DNA of 64,000 bases, from the NCBI GenBank assembly GCA_965222375.1, contig CBDCTZ010000016.1:352001-416000 (forward strand). Direction: 5' to 3'. Position numbers and translations under genes: made by a program. Below are positions 49,439 to 59,698 of this stretch, one piece after another; positions within the stretch are counted from its first letter, which is position 1; each line of letters starts with the position of its first letter. Origin of the DNA: Polyangiaceae bacterium (lineage in GTDB: Bacteria > Myxococcota_A > Polyangia > Polyangiales > Polyangiaceae). Below the pieces are notes generated by a model. It saw only the letters and a program-made list of their open reading frames with translations, was not told where the DNA came from and searched no databases.

Positions 49439-52400
49439 ATGACCGCGAAGGACGCAAAGCGCTTGCCAATGGCCGCGAAGAACGAAAACCGATTGGTGAA
49501 GGAGACAAGCCCGTATTTGCTCCAGCACGCGCACAATCCCGTGGACTGGTTCCCATGGGGGCAAGAAGCCCTCGAGCGATCGAAGCGGGAGGACAAACCT
49601 ATCTTGCTCAGCATTGGCTACGCGGCGTGCCATTGGTGTCACGTGATGGAGCGCGAAAGCTTCGAGAACGAGTCCATCGCGGAGTTCATGAACGAGCACT
49701 TCGTGTGCATCAAAGTCGACCGAGAAGAGCGGCCGGACATCGACGAAATTTACATGGCAGCAACCGTGGCGCTTTCCGGTGCCGGTGGTTGGCCCATGAC
49801 GGTGTTCCTGACGCCGGACCAGAAGCCGTTCTTCGCCGGCACTTATTTTCCGCCGACGGATCACCATGGTCGTCCGGGGTTCCCGACGCTGCTCCAGAAG
49901 ATGGCGGAGCTATGGGAAGGAGAGCGCGACACCTTGCTCGAGCAGGCTAGGGAGTTGACCGACCACGTGCGGGCGCAGGCGAGGGTGTCGCGTCCGACCG
50001 CGGTGAGCGATGCGTCCATCGGCGCAGCAGTGCAAAGCTTGTCGAGCTCCTTCGATTCCGAGTGGGGCGGATTTGGACCTGCGCCGAAGTTCCCAGCTTC
50101 GGCCTCTCTGCAGCTGTTGCTGCGCCATCACCAACGCAGCGGCGACGCGCGCAGCTTGGAGATGGTCGTGACGACTCTGAACGGCATGAAGAACGGGGGC
50201 ATCTACGATCACGTGGCGGGGGGGTTTGCTCGCTATTCCACGGACGATCGCTGGCTCGTGCCGCATTTCGAGAAGATGCTGTACGACAACGCGCAGCTCG
50301 CCCGGGTCTACCTGGCAGCCTTTCAGGTCACGGAAGACCCCGAGTATCGCCGAGTAGCCGAAGAGACCCTCGACTACGTGATCCGCGAAATGCAGGACGA
50401 GTCCGGCGGCTTCTACTCGGCGACCGATGCGGACAGCCAGGGCGTAGAGGGAAAGTTCTTCGTCTGGGATCTCGCGGAGCTCGCCATCATTCTGGGGCCA
50501 AAGGAGGCGGAGATCTTTTGCGCCTACTACGGCGTATCCGAGGATGGGAATTGGGAAGGGCACAACATTCTGACCACACCTCGCCCCATGCCCGAGGTTG
50601 CGGCGGAGCTGGGGTTGGAAACCGAAGCATTGCGGAGTCAGCTCGCAAAGCTGCGCGAGCAAGTCTATGCCGCGCGGCAGAAGCGCGTTCCGCCGCTGCT
50701 CGATGACAAGATCCTGACCGCTTGGAACGGGCTGATGATCGGCGCGATGGCCGAGGGCTATCGCGTCCTCGGCGATGCCCGCTACCTCGCGTCGGCGCAA
50801 TGTGCGGCGGACTACGTGCTCGCCAAGCTAGTGCGCGAGGATGGCGGACTGTTCCGCACGGCACGGGCAGGCCGCGCGCACCTCGATGCTGTGCTCGAGG
50901 ACTACGCCTACCTCACTGAGGCTCTGATCGATCTGTACGAGGCAGGCGGTGACGAAAAGTACCTGGAAGGGGCAGAGCGCGTGGGGGCTCGCGCCGTGAA
51001 AGACTTCGCCGACGAGGAGAGCGGAGCTTTCTTCTTCACCGCTCGGGGTCATGAGCCACTCATCACGCGCACCCGCGAGGGTCACGATGGCGCGTTGCCG
51101 AATGCAGGCGCGGTGATGGCCAGCGCTCTTCTGCGCCTCGGGCGCCAGTTGGATCGCGAGCCTCTGGTGGAACGCGCCAAAAGCTTCGCCGCCACCTACG
51201 GCCGCGAAATCGAGCGCATCCCGCGTGCTTTTTCGACCACCCTGGCGCTGGTGGACTCGTTGCTGTCTCCCCCGGTGGAGCTGGTCTTCGCCGGCGACGG
51301 CGCGGCGCCTGCACTTCAGGAGCTGCGTGCAGAGGTGGCCAAGGCATTTCTGCCGAATCGCGTGGTTGGTTTCGCGGCGTCCAAGCCCGACTCGACCGCA
51401 CGGGCGCTGCTCCGGGACAAGGGCGCCGTTGGCGGCAAGCCCGCTTTGTACATCTGTCGCGACTTCACCTGCCAGGCGCCCATTACCTCCCCGGCGCAGA
51501 TCGCCAGCGCGCTTGCCGCCCACACATCCTCTTTGAAGGATGCCCGAACGGCGAGCGTCGGCGTTTCGAACTTGGATGGTTGCGCGACTGCCGAGGGAAC
51601 CAGCCGCCTGGCACGGCGCCACATCAAGGCCCATGGCGAAAATGCCTACCGCTGCCTCGGCAGCTTGGATCTCCAGGTGAGTCGCTTCGGCTTTGGTGGC
51701 TACCGCGTGGACGACCGCGCTGGAGAGCACCGCGCTGCACTGCGCCACGCGCTGCAATCCGGTGTGAATCTGATCGACACCTCGACGAACTACACCGACG
51801 GCCATAGTGAGCGTCTGGTGGGCGAAGTGCTGTGGGACTTGGCCAGAGAAGGTGAGCTGGCCCGCGATGAAGTCGTGGTGGTGAGCAAGATCGGCTACGT
51901 ACAGGGCGAGAATCTCAGCCTGGCGGAGAGTCGGGAGAGCGAGGGCAAGCCCTTTGCCGAGATGGTCAAGGTCGGACGCGGGATGTGGCATTGCCTGCAT
52001 CCGGAGTGGCTCGAAGATCAGCTCGCGCGCAGCCGCGACCGCCTCGGTCTGAGCTGCGTGGACGTCTGCTTGTTGCACAACCCCGAGTACTATTTGAGCG
52101 AAGCCGCCAGTCGCGACATGCCGCTGCCCGAGGCCCGGGACGAGTTCTATCGTCGACTGACCCAGGCTTTCGTTTGGCTCGAAGGCGCCGTGAAGCGTGG
52201 CGAGATCCTCGCCTATGGCGTTTCGAGCAACACCAGCGTTGCAGCCACCGAAGATCGAGAAGCGACGGATCTGGCTCGCATGATCGCCGCCGCCGAGGCC
52301 GCCGCGGGCGCGAGTGGGCTCGGGCCCGACGAGCACCACTTTTGCGTGTTGCAGCTCCCTTTCAACCTTCTCGAGCCGGCCGCAGCGTTGCTCGCGAACA

Positions 52401-53107
52401 CCAGCGCCGTGCCGATGACCGTGTTGGATTACGCCGCCCAGAACTCCACGGCGGTGCTGATCAACCGCCCGCTCAACGCCCTCATCCCTGATGGCTTGTT
52501 TCGCCTTGCCGAGCCTGAAGAGTTCGAGTCGGGCGTTCCCATGGACGCAGCCATGGCGAAACTCGAGGCATTGGAGAAGGAGTTTCGCACCAACATCGCG
52601 CCATCGATTCAAACCGGAAAGGGTGCACCGCCGCCCCAGGCCTTGCTCGATTGGGCAAACCAGCTGACGCGACTGCCGTCGGACAAACTCACCGCCGCCC
52701 AGTGGGACGAAGTCGAAAGCCAGATCGTCACGCCGCGCACGACGCAAGTGCTCTCCGCCCTCGATCGCGGGATGCGAGGCCCCCAAGCGGACAATTGGCG
52801 CGAACTGCGCGGGCGTTACGTGGAAGCCCTCGATCGCGTGCTGCAAGCGTTCCGAGCCAAGGCCGTAGCGCAAACCGCCGAGAACAGTCGAGCTCTCACC
52901 GCCAAGCTCGACCCCACCTTGCCCAAGGAGCGCCGAGCCGCGCCGCTTTCCCAAAAGGCGCTCCACGTGCTGTCGAGCTGCCCCGGCGTCACATCGGTGC
53001 TCGTTGGAATGCGTCGCAAGCAGTGGGTCGACGACGTACTGCCCGTGCTTTCACTGGCGGACCTTCCCGAACCTGCCGCCAGCCTGAAAGCACTGCGCGA
53101 TGCCTGA
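49439..53107 (+). CDS. YyaL/SSP411 thioredoxin-domain protein fused to a C-terminal aldo/keto reductase domain
   Basis: [42 protein letters not shown]; then [23 protein letters not shown]. Confidence 0.9.
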   Translation: MTAKDAKRLPMAAKNENRLVKETSPYLLQHAHNPVDWFPWGQEALERSKREDKPILLSIGYAACHWCHVMERESFENESIAEFMNEHFVCIKVDREERPDIDEIYMAATVALSGAGGWPMTVFLTPDQKPFFAGTYFPPTDHHGRPGFPTLLQKMAELWEGERDTLLEQARELTDHVRAQARVSRPTAVSDASIGAAVQSLSSSFDSEWGGFGPAPKFPASASLQLLLRHHQRSGDARSLEMVVTTLNGMKNGGIYDHVAGGFARYSTDDRWLVPHFEKMLYDNAQLARVYLAAFQVTEDPEYRRVAEETLDYVIREMQDESGGFYSATDADSQGVEGKFFVWDLAELAIILGPKEAEIFCAYYGVSEDGNWEGHNILTTPRPMPEVAAELGLETEALRSQLAKLREQVYAARQKRVPPLLDDKILTAWNGLMIGAMAEGYRVLGDARYLASAQCAADYVLAKLVREDGGLFRTARAGRAHLDAVLEDYAYLTEALIDLYEAGGDEKYLEGAERVGARAVKDFADEESGAFFFTARGHEPLITRTREGHDGALPNAGAVMASALLRLGRQLDREPLVERAKSFAATYGREIERIPRAFSTTLALVDSLLSPPVELVFAGDGAAPALQELRAEVAKAFLPNRVVGFAASKPDSTARALLRDKGAVGGKPALYICRDFTCQAPITSPAQIASALAAHTSSLKDARTASVGVSNLDGCATAEGTSRLARRHIKAHGENAYRCLGSLDLQVSRFGFGGYRVDDRAGEHRAALRHALQSGVNLIDTSTNYTDGHSERLVGEVLWDLAREGELARDEVVVVSKIGYVQGENLSLAESRESEGKPFAEMVKVGRGMWHCLHPEWLEDQLARSRDRLGLSCVDVCLLHNPEYYLSEAASRDMPLPEARDEFYRRLTQAFVWLEGAVKRGEILAYGVSSNTSVAATEDREATDLARMIAAAEAAAGASGLGPDEHHFCVLQLPFNLLEPAAALLANTSAVPMTVLDYAAQNSTAVLINRPLNALIPDGLFRLAEPEEFESGVPMDAAMAKLEALEKEFRTNIAPSIQTGKGAPPPQALLDWANQLTRLPSDKLTAAQWDEVESQIVTPRTTQVLSALDRGMRGPQADNWRELRGRYVEALDRVLQAFRAKAVAQTAENSRALTAKLDPTLPKERRAAPLSQKALHVLSSCPGVTSVLVGMRRKQWVDDVLPVLSLADLPEPAASLKALRDA

Positions 53108-53383
53108 AGCGTCAATGCTCGGGGTGGGCACGCGTGGGCGCCCCCGCTCCGGCACCTTCCCGGGTTTGTTCGAGCACACGCTCGATGCAGGGATTGCCGG
53201 TCGGCTGCTCGCCTCTCGCAGGCTCACCACGAGATAGCGTCGAGTTTCTCCCTGGCTTTCCATGGATTTCGACGCGAGCCCGGTGGCGCCCGGTGGCCGA
53301 ACCGGCTCGGCTTCACCTACATGCACCCACCTGGATCGGCGCACCGTCTGGCTGCTCCGGTGGGTCGATGATTAAATTGGATC

Positions 53384-54826
53384 ATGCGGCGCTTAATCAA
53401 AGGTTCGCTTGGTGTTTCTGTGGCTCTGGCTCTCGGGCTGACGGGTGCTTGCGGCAGTAGCGGCGGTGGCGGTGATGGCGCGACGGCCGGCGGTGGTGGG
53501 TCGAGCGCATCGACCGGAACCGGCGCTTCCGGCGGCACCGCGAATGCAGGGGGTGGCATCAACTTCGATGGCGGTGGAGCCACTGGTAACACCGGAGGCG
53601 TGGAAGACGGCGGCGCCTGCGCCACCGAGACCGCCAAGGGCGAGCAGGTCCCCCTCGATCTCTACATCATGCTCGATAGTTCTGGTTCGATGCTCGATAA
53701 GACATCGACGGGGCCGTCCAAGTGGGATGCCGTCAAGCAAGCCATCGATGGCTTCGTGAACGCACCTGGCTCTGCCGGGCTAGGTGTTGGCCTGCAGTAC
53801 TTCCCGCTGAACAAGCAAGGCGTACCGAACAGTTGCACCACCAACGCTCAATGCGGTTCGGGCGGCCCCTGCTTGCTCAAGACCTGCGCGGGTGGCGCTC
53901 AGATCACGCCGTGCTCAAACAACGGCCAGTGCGGCTTTCTCGGGCCCTGTGTGGATATGGGTCAATGCACGCTAGACCCGAACATCTACTGCGTTCCCAT
54001 AGGCGGTACCGCGTGCGGCGGCCCCTCTTCCAATGGCAATTGCGCGCCGATCACTTCCAGCTTCTGCACCAACGCGACCGAGTGCTCCAACACGCGCTAC
54101 GCAACCCCAGCGGTGAACATCGCGACGCTGCCCGGCAACGCGGGCGCCATCACCACCAGTATGAGCGGCAAGTCCCCCTTCGGGAACACACCCACGGGCC
54201 CTGCGCTACAGGGCGCCATCGACCACTCCAAGCAGTACGCCGGGCAGAATCCGGGTCATGTCGTTGTCACGGTGCTGGCCACGGACGGGCTGCCCACGTC
54301 CTGCAACCTGACCAACATCAACCAAATCGCTCAGCTGGCTCAGGCCGGATTCACTGGCACGCCGAGTATTCCGACCTTCGTCATCGGTGTGTTTGCGCCA
54401 TCGGACACGGCCGCAGCTCAGAACCTCAACGCCATTGCTGCAGCCGGCGGTACCAATACCGCCTTCATCATCAACACCAGTGGCAACGTGACGCAGCAGT
54501 TCCTGCAAGCCCTTCAGAAGATCAAGGGCCAGGCGCTGCCGTGTGAGTTCACGATCCCGGCGCCCTCGGGTGGTCAGGCCTTGGACTACAACAAGGTCAA
54601 CGTGAACGTGACCTCCAGCGGCGGCAGCACTCCGCTGCTCTACGTCGGCGATTCTTCCAAGTGCGACCCCGTCAAGGGCGGCTGGCACTATGACGTCGAC
54701 CCGACCAAGGGCGCCCCCACGAAGATCGTGGTTTGCCCCAGCACCTGCACCAGCTTCAAGAGCCAGACGGGTGCGCAGGTCGACATCGTCTTCGGCTGCA
54801 AGACCAACATCGCACCTCCCCGCTGA
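53384..54826 (+). CDS. vWA-domain lipoprotein with Cys-rich insert
   Basis: TGAC lipobox; DSSGS MIDAS, TPT, ATDG. Confidence 0.88.
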   Translation: MRRLIKGSLGVSVALALGLTGACGSSGGGGDGATAGGGGSSASTGTGASGGTANAGGGINFDGGGATGNTGGVEDGGACATETAKGEQVPLDLYIMLDSSGSMLDKTSTGPSKWDAVKQAIDGFVNAPGSAGLGVGLQYFPLNKQGVPNSCTTNAQCGSGGPCLLKTCAGGAQITPCSNNGQCGFLGPCVDMGQCTLDPNIYCVPIGGTACGGPSSNGNCAPITSSFCTNATECSNTRYATPAVNIATLPGNAGAITTSMSGKSPFGNTPTGPALQGAIDHSKQYAGQNPGHVVVTVLATDGLPTSCNLTNINQIAQLAQAGFTGTPSIPTFVIGVFAPSDTAAAQNLNAIAAAGGTNTAFIINTSGNVTQQFLQALQKIKGQALPCEFTIPAPSGGQALDYNKVNVNVTSSGGSTPLLYVGDSSKCDPVKGGWHYDVDPTKGAPTKIVVCPSTCTSFKSQTGAQVDIVFGCKTNIAPPR

Positions 54827-54876
54827 TCCCGGCCGCCCTGATTAGGCTCCCCCCGTCGCTCCATTTCTTGGGGTCC

Positions 54877-55118
54877 GATCCAGAGTTGCGCCTGCAACAC
54901 TGAATAGTCACCGCTGCGGTTGACACCGTGGTTCGCTTCCTCGGCGCGGATCCAGAGTTGCGCCTGCAACACTGAATAGTCACCGCTGCGGTTGACACCG
55001 TGGTTCGCTTCCTCGGCGCGGATCCAGAGTTGCGCCTGCAACACTGAATAGTCACCGCTGCGGCGGACAGCGTGGCTCGCTTCCTCGGCGCGGATCCAGA
55101 GTTGCGCCTGCAACACTG
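54877..55118. repeat. 72-bp tandem repeat, 3 full units plus a partial, with palindromic core CAGAGTTGC-GCCT-GCAACACTG
   Basis: Units start at 54877, 54949, 55021 and 55093. Confidence 0.92.
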
Positions 55119-55145
55119 GCTCAGGACTGAGGTATCCTCTGGACT

Positions 55146-55961
55146 GTGCCCCGCAAGCTCCCCTCCTGGACAATCTGCGCGTTGGCGCTGGTCGGCCTCG
55201 TCGCCTGCAGGGAGCGAGAAATCCGCTACCCACCCCAAAACCCACAAACCCCCGCCGCTCAGCCCGTCGCCACGGGCACCCCGCCGCCGCCTCCCGTGGC
55301 AGCGCCGACAGCTTCCACACCAGTCCAGCCCGCGCCCCCGCCGCCGGTCGTCGAAAAACCGCAGCCGCTCCCCAAGCAGGTCTTCGAGCCCGCACGTCGC
55401 TTCGCCAAGAAGACCAAGCTTAACTTGTACGGCTACCACACCAAGCGCATCGGCAACGCCGAGGGCTTCCTCGCGCCGATCATTCAAACCAGCGACGGTG
55501 GCTTTCTCGTCGTCGGCACCCGCAGGCCGCCGGGCAAGTATCGAGTTGGTGTATCGCGCCCGGTGGTTGCCAAGCTCGACGCGAGCGGCACCAAGGTGTG
55601 GGACCGCGTGTACAAGCGTGGCGGCTTCCTCGACTACGAGGGTGCCAGCGCCGTCGAGCTCAGCGACGGCTACATCGTTTATATCCTGTCCTACGTGCAC
55701 CCCGCGCGGGGTTCCGTCGTCCGCCTGCTGCGCCTGGACCAATCCGGCAAGAAGGTCTGGGATACGAAACTGCGCGGCAACGGCCGAGCCGGCACCCCGC
55801 ACCCCCAAGACTTCCAGCTAGTGGATTCGAAGATAGTGATGGAAGGTCACATCTACAAAGACGCCACCGAAACCGCCTACGGCTGGCGAGGCAGTGTCAG
55901 CTTGGACGGCAAGGTCCTCTCCGACGAAGTCGGCGCCGCGAATCCCTACAAGAAGAAGTAG
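55146..55961 (+). CDS. Hypothetical lipoprotein (Pro-rich linker, propeller-like blades)
   Basis: LVAC lipobox; IIQTSDGGFLVVG, KLDASGTKVW. Confidence 0.75.
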   Translation: MPRKLPSWTICALALVGLVACREREIRYPPQNPQTPAAQPVATGTPPPPPVAAPTASTPVQPAPPPPVVEKPQPLPKQVFEPARRFAKKTKLNLYGYHTKRIGNAEGFLAPIIQTSDGGFLVVGTRRPPGKYRVGVSRPVVAKLDASGTKVWDRVYKRGGFLDYEGASAVELSDGYIVYILSYVHPARGSVVRLLRLDQSGKKVWDTKLRGNGRAGTPHPQDFQLVDSKIVMEGHIYKDATETAYGWRGSVSLDGKVLSDEVGAANPYKKK

Positions 55962-56101
55962 GCGCTGAGCCGCACCTCGGATCGGTTTGTTGGTTTGGGG
56001 TCGGTTCGCGGGTGCATGCAGGGCCACTATTCTCGCCCTGGGCCACGAAGGTGCGCTCCCCATGCTGGGGCGCGCAGCTGCTGAGGGTAAACGTGTGTCC
56101 G

Positions 56102-56833
56102 TTAGGGTTTCACGCCGACGAAGAGCTCGTAGCCTCGGTCCAGATCCGAGTGCTCGTAGACTTTGGCGTGGGGGGTGAAGCCCACTGCGGAGAGGGAGTC
56201 GAGCCAGACTTGTCTCGAGAATAGTCCGTGGGTGTGGCGATCGTGCACAGAGCGTATTTCGCCGGGCTCGTCTCGGATCAAGAACGCGTAGTCAGCGACG
56301 CAAGTCTCGTCCTCGGGATCCGGGTCCCAGCCCCACTCTAGGTAGCGCAGGCCTCGCCGCCCATCGTCAGACCCGCCACAGGTCGTCTCCGGCACGAAGC
56401 GCTCTTTCGTTTCGTCGGGCGCGAAGAGCGCGACGCCTCCGCTTCGACAGTGGATGTAGGCGGTAGCCATGGCGCGTCGAAGGTCTTGCCGCGACGCCAT
56501 GTACGAGATGGCGTCGTGGATGAACACCGCATCGAAGGTTTCTCCGAGGCGAAGGTTTCGCATATCACCGACTACATGGCGAAGCTTCGGGTTGATTAGT
56601 TTCGACTGGGCCAACATACGTTCCGACAGATCCACCAAGGTCATCTTGAAGTTGGCCTTGAGGTGAAACGCGTTGTGCCCTCCGCCGGATCCGAGCTCCA
56701 GGAGCGCGCGTGGTGGCGAAGCCGCGTACTGCCGCAGCGCGCCCCTGAAGATGGCCGCTTCCTCCTCGTACTCCTCCACCGGTGACAAGAGCGGCCACCA
56801 TTCGGCGAGCTCATCGTACATGCGTTGATTCAT
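56102..56833 (-). CDS. Class I SAM-dependent methyltransferase
   Basis: LLELGSGGG, LVDLS, GDMRNL, FDAVFIHD. Confidence 0.9.
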   Translation of the reverse strand: MNQRMYDELAEWWPLLSPVEEYEEEAAIFRGALRQYAASPPRALLELGSGGGHNAFHLKANFKMTLVDLSERMLAQSKLINPKLRHVVGDMRNLRLGETFDAVFIHDAISYMASRQDLRRAMATAYIHCRSGGVALFAPDETKERFVPETTCGGSDDGRRGLRYLEWGWDPDPEDETCVADYAFLIRDEPGEIRSVHDRHTHGLFSRQVWLDSLSAVGFTPHAKVYEHSDLDRGYELFVGVKP

Positions 56834-57375
56834 CGCCGCGGCCTCCGCAGCCACGACGGTGGTTCTGAAGATCCGAACCAGCCCCAATCCGACAGGGTCT
56901 CGATGAAGCTCTCTCGATCGTAACGCTCGTAGTAGCGTGGGCTGAGCGCTGACACGTAGTAGCCGAGTTCCTCACCGGCTTCGGCCGCGTCATCCGGATC
57001 TTCTCGCGACACGATCAACGCACCTCGGCGACCGCCAAAGTCGGGAAGGTAGCCCGCGCAGGAGCGCGTGCGTCCCGACGGCGCGTAGAACGTGAAGGGA
57101 GATTCGAAGCGAAACCCCAAGTCCAGGGCGGCTTCACTCCACGCCCGCGCCATTCGCCCAAACAGGGACTCCAACGCGCTCGGATCCGTGATGGGCTTCT
57201 CCGAGGTGAGCCGATACGCTTCTGCTTCGATCGTCCCATCATCCATGAAGTCGACGGTCCAGATCTCGTCCGCGCCCACGGCGTGTACCCGCGTGCCATC
57301 CATCGAAGGGATCCGCTCAGAAAAATGCGTCCAGTGCGCCTCCCGCAGCCGCCGAATGAAGTCCTGCCGTTTCAT
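56830..57375 (-). CDS. Hypothetical protein
   Basis: ATGA overlap with the methyltransferase; ETLSDWGWFG...PSW C-terminus. Confidence 0.65.
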   Translation of the reverse strand: MKRQDFIRRLREAHWTHFSERIPSMDGTRVHAVGADEIWTVDFMDDGTIEAEAYRLTSEKPITDPSALESLFGRMARAWSEAALDLGFRFESPFTFYAPSGRTRSCAGYLPDFGGRRGALIVSREDPDDAAEAGEELGYYVSALSPRYYERYDRESFIETLSDWGWFGSSEPPSWLRRPRR

Positions 57376-57526
57376 TGCCGTCTGCGAGAATGGCAGAAAC
57401 TGCTGCGAGCTTCATCGCCAGAGTGCGGATTCGTGCACACTGGCGGGACAGCGACAGTCCACATCGCCCGGACGGGGACACCTCTTGGGAGGCCCGAACG
57501 GTTGTGCGGACCGCTGCTTCGGAAGT

Positions 57527-58258
57527 TCAACCCTTGCGCGCCAATTGCGCTTTGAGCTCTCGCACCTGGCGCTCTAGATCAGCCTTTGCCTCGCGTGCCT
57601 CTTGCTCCGCCTTCAAGCGTGCTTCGCGCTCGAGTTCCTCTGGGATGAGCCAGCGGGCGTGGCCCGCGGCGTCGTCGCTCAGTGTCACGGCGCCGGGCGT
57701 GACGTGCACCCAACCGCCGAGCGTCGATGACTGGTATGAGTCGCCGGCGTACACGCGGGCGAAGCTCCCACGTTCGTCCAGCTGCCAAACCTGTAGCAGG
57801 TGCGGACCGCCGAGGCGCGATGGACCATGCAGCTCCGGGTCGAGCACCAAGAGCTCGCCCACGCGGCAGTCGGCGTAGCGCTCTTGGATGTCGGCGTAGT
57901 CCTTGTAGGGGTGGGACTCGCTGACCACCTCAATGGCCAGGCGCGGTACCTCGTGCCCCGGTTTCCAAGTGCACAGGCTCGTGAGCTTCTTCGTATCCGG
58001 CGGCGCTGGCTCAATCAACGCCACATCCGGATCGAGCCCGACACGTGGATGTTTCTCCATCCAGCGCAGAGCCAGATTCCGCACGACCAGAGCGTCGCGC
58101 TGTTCGCGCTCGACCCAAGCGGTGAGCAATGCCACCAAGTACGTGACGAGCAAGTTGTGGGCGTGAGACTCGGGCACTGGTATCTCGGGCAGCACCCAAG
58201 CGTCGGCCTTTGGCCGCAGCCGATAACTAAGCTCGATCATTCGCGGCTCGCTCACCAT
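57527..58258 (-). CDS. Uma2 family endonuclease with coiled-coil tail
   Basis: PES..H, DPDVAL, LAIEVVS, LLVLDP. Confidence 0.85.
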   Translation of the reverse strand: MVSEPRMIELSYRLRPKADAWVLPEIPVPESHAHNLLVTYLVALLTAWVEREQRDALVVRNLALRWMEKHPRVGLDPDVALIEPAPPDTKKLTSLCTWKPGHEVPRLAIEVVSESHPYKDYADIQERYADCRVGELLVLDPELHGPSRLGGPHLLQVWQLDERGSFARVYAGDSYQSSTLGGWVHVTPGAVTLSDDAAGHARWLIPEELEREARLKAEQEAREAKADLERQVRELKAQLARKG

Positions 58259-58476
58259 GTCAGTGTACCGCGCGCTGGGGGCGCTGCGAGTCCGGCCGTT
58301 GCAGAGCGCGTGCCGACGCTAGGCGCGCCGCGAAACCGCTCGAATTGCCTGCGGACGCGGCTGCCCCGCGTGGCGCCCGCTGGCCACGCCAATGGTGGGC
58401 GCCAGGCGCGCGCGTTGCCGTTTGAATTTTGTCCTGGTGCATCGACGCCGCGGGCGAGGAAAGGTACCGGTGACCT

Positions 58477-58986
58477 GTGACGACTCTATCCAAGCTGATC
58501 TGGCGCTCGTTGGGATTGTCGCTTCTTGTCCTCTCGCCGAGCGCATGCGGTGGCAGTGCCCTGGCCGGCGCAGCGTCTCCCGAACGCGATTCACTGGGCT
58601 CGGATCTCGAGCAAAAGGCTGCCGAGCTGGAAGCGGAGCTCGCGCGCCTCGAAGCCAAACAGGGCGAGACGGTTGCCTCGGCTGACAGTGACGACAAGTC
58701 TCAGGACACCGAGCTGCCAGGTGACAGCAATATGGAAGACGCGGCGCCCGAGCCGGAAGCTGAGTCCGCCAAGGCTCCCTCATCCGCCCCGCCACCCGAA
58801 GACCGCGAGGTATCAGCGCGCGATCGCTGCAAGACGGCGTGCCGCGCTCTCAGTTCGATGCAGCGAAGCGCGGAGCGAATCTGCACATTGGTGAGCGAGG
58901 AACACGAAAAGTGCGTCTGGGCACGCGGGCAAGTGAAGGATGCGCGCAACCGAGTTGATCAGGCCGGTTGCGACTGCGAGGACTGA
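58477..58986 (+). CDS. Hypothetical lipoprotein
   Basis: PSAC lipobox; CKTACRALSSMQRSAERIC helical Cys motif. Confidence 0.7.
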   Translation: MTTLSKLIWRSLGLSLLVLSPSACGGSALAGAASPERDSLGSDLEQKAAELEAELARLEAKQGETVASADSDDKSQDTELPGDSNMEDAAPEPEAESAKAPSSAPPPEDREVSARDRCKTACRALSSMQRSAERICTLVSEEHEKCVWARGQVKDARNRVDQAGCDCED

Positions 58987-59022
58987 GGGGCGGAAATCGA
59001 ACCTCCGCCGACGGAGCCGTGA

Positions 59023-59571
59023 CTACGCTCCGTCCGACAGCAGGCCGGCGAGTTCGAACACGTGGTCATCGGCGGTATCGAGACTGCGCAGGGCGTCGGC
59101 GAGGCGGAGCACGTATTGGCTGTTGTGTCCGCTGGGTCCTGCGGACACGCGAACCTGCTCTGCGATTTCCGTCAGCGGCGCGGGGCCTAGATAGTTTTCG
59201 TTGTCGGCAGTGGCGACGTAGACCAGGCCGCGTTGCGTCAGAACCCGCTCGTCGCGCCCGTGCAAAGGAACTTGCAGACGCGCGTAGCCGCCCTTTTCGC
59301 GGTGGTCGAGGGTCGCGAGCACGTCCTCATGATGTTCGGGGGTGATCGAATACGCCATACCCCAACACTTCGCACCGGGGTCGGGCACGAGCGTGACCAC
59401 CCGCCCAGGTGCACCGGGTACTCCCCGGTGGTCCGTCGAGCCCTGCCAGAAGCGACGCGCGTAGTCGGTCACGTAGGCGGGCTCTTTCCGCGCAAAGGGA
59501 AAGGCGGGGCGCCACACTAGGGAGCCATAACCGAACACCCACGACTCTTTCGAACCGACAGACAACACCAT
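59023..59571 (-). CDS. chaC: ChaC-like gamma-glutamylcyclotransferase
   Basis: WVFGYGSLVW, FWQGSTDHRG..PGRVVTL, LDHREKGGY, GPSGHNSQY. Confidence 0.92.
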   Translation of the reverse strand: MVLSVGSKESWVFGYGSLVWRPAFPFARKEPAYVTDYARRFWQGSTDHRGVPGAPGRVVTLVPDPGAKCWGMAYSITPEHHEDVLATLDHREKGGYARLQVPLHGRDERVLTQRGLVYVATADNENYLGPAPLTEIAEQVRVSAGPSGHNSQYVLRLADALRSLDTADDHVFELAGLLSDGA

Positions 59572-59698
59572 CGAGCCTAGCCTCAGTGTCCGGCCGGCGC
59601 CCGTCCAATTGCGCTGACCAGGTTGCTACACGACAACACTGCGCGGGGCCCGTGCGTCCCTAGGAGCGCGTCGAGTCGCCGTCGGCCACACCGACGCT

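Noticed and set aside
54877..55118. 72-bp array as CRISPR
   Set aside because: Intervening sequences are near-identical to each other, so it is a tandem repeat
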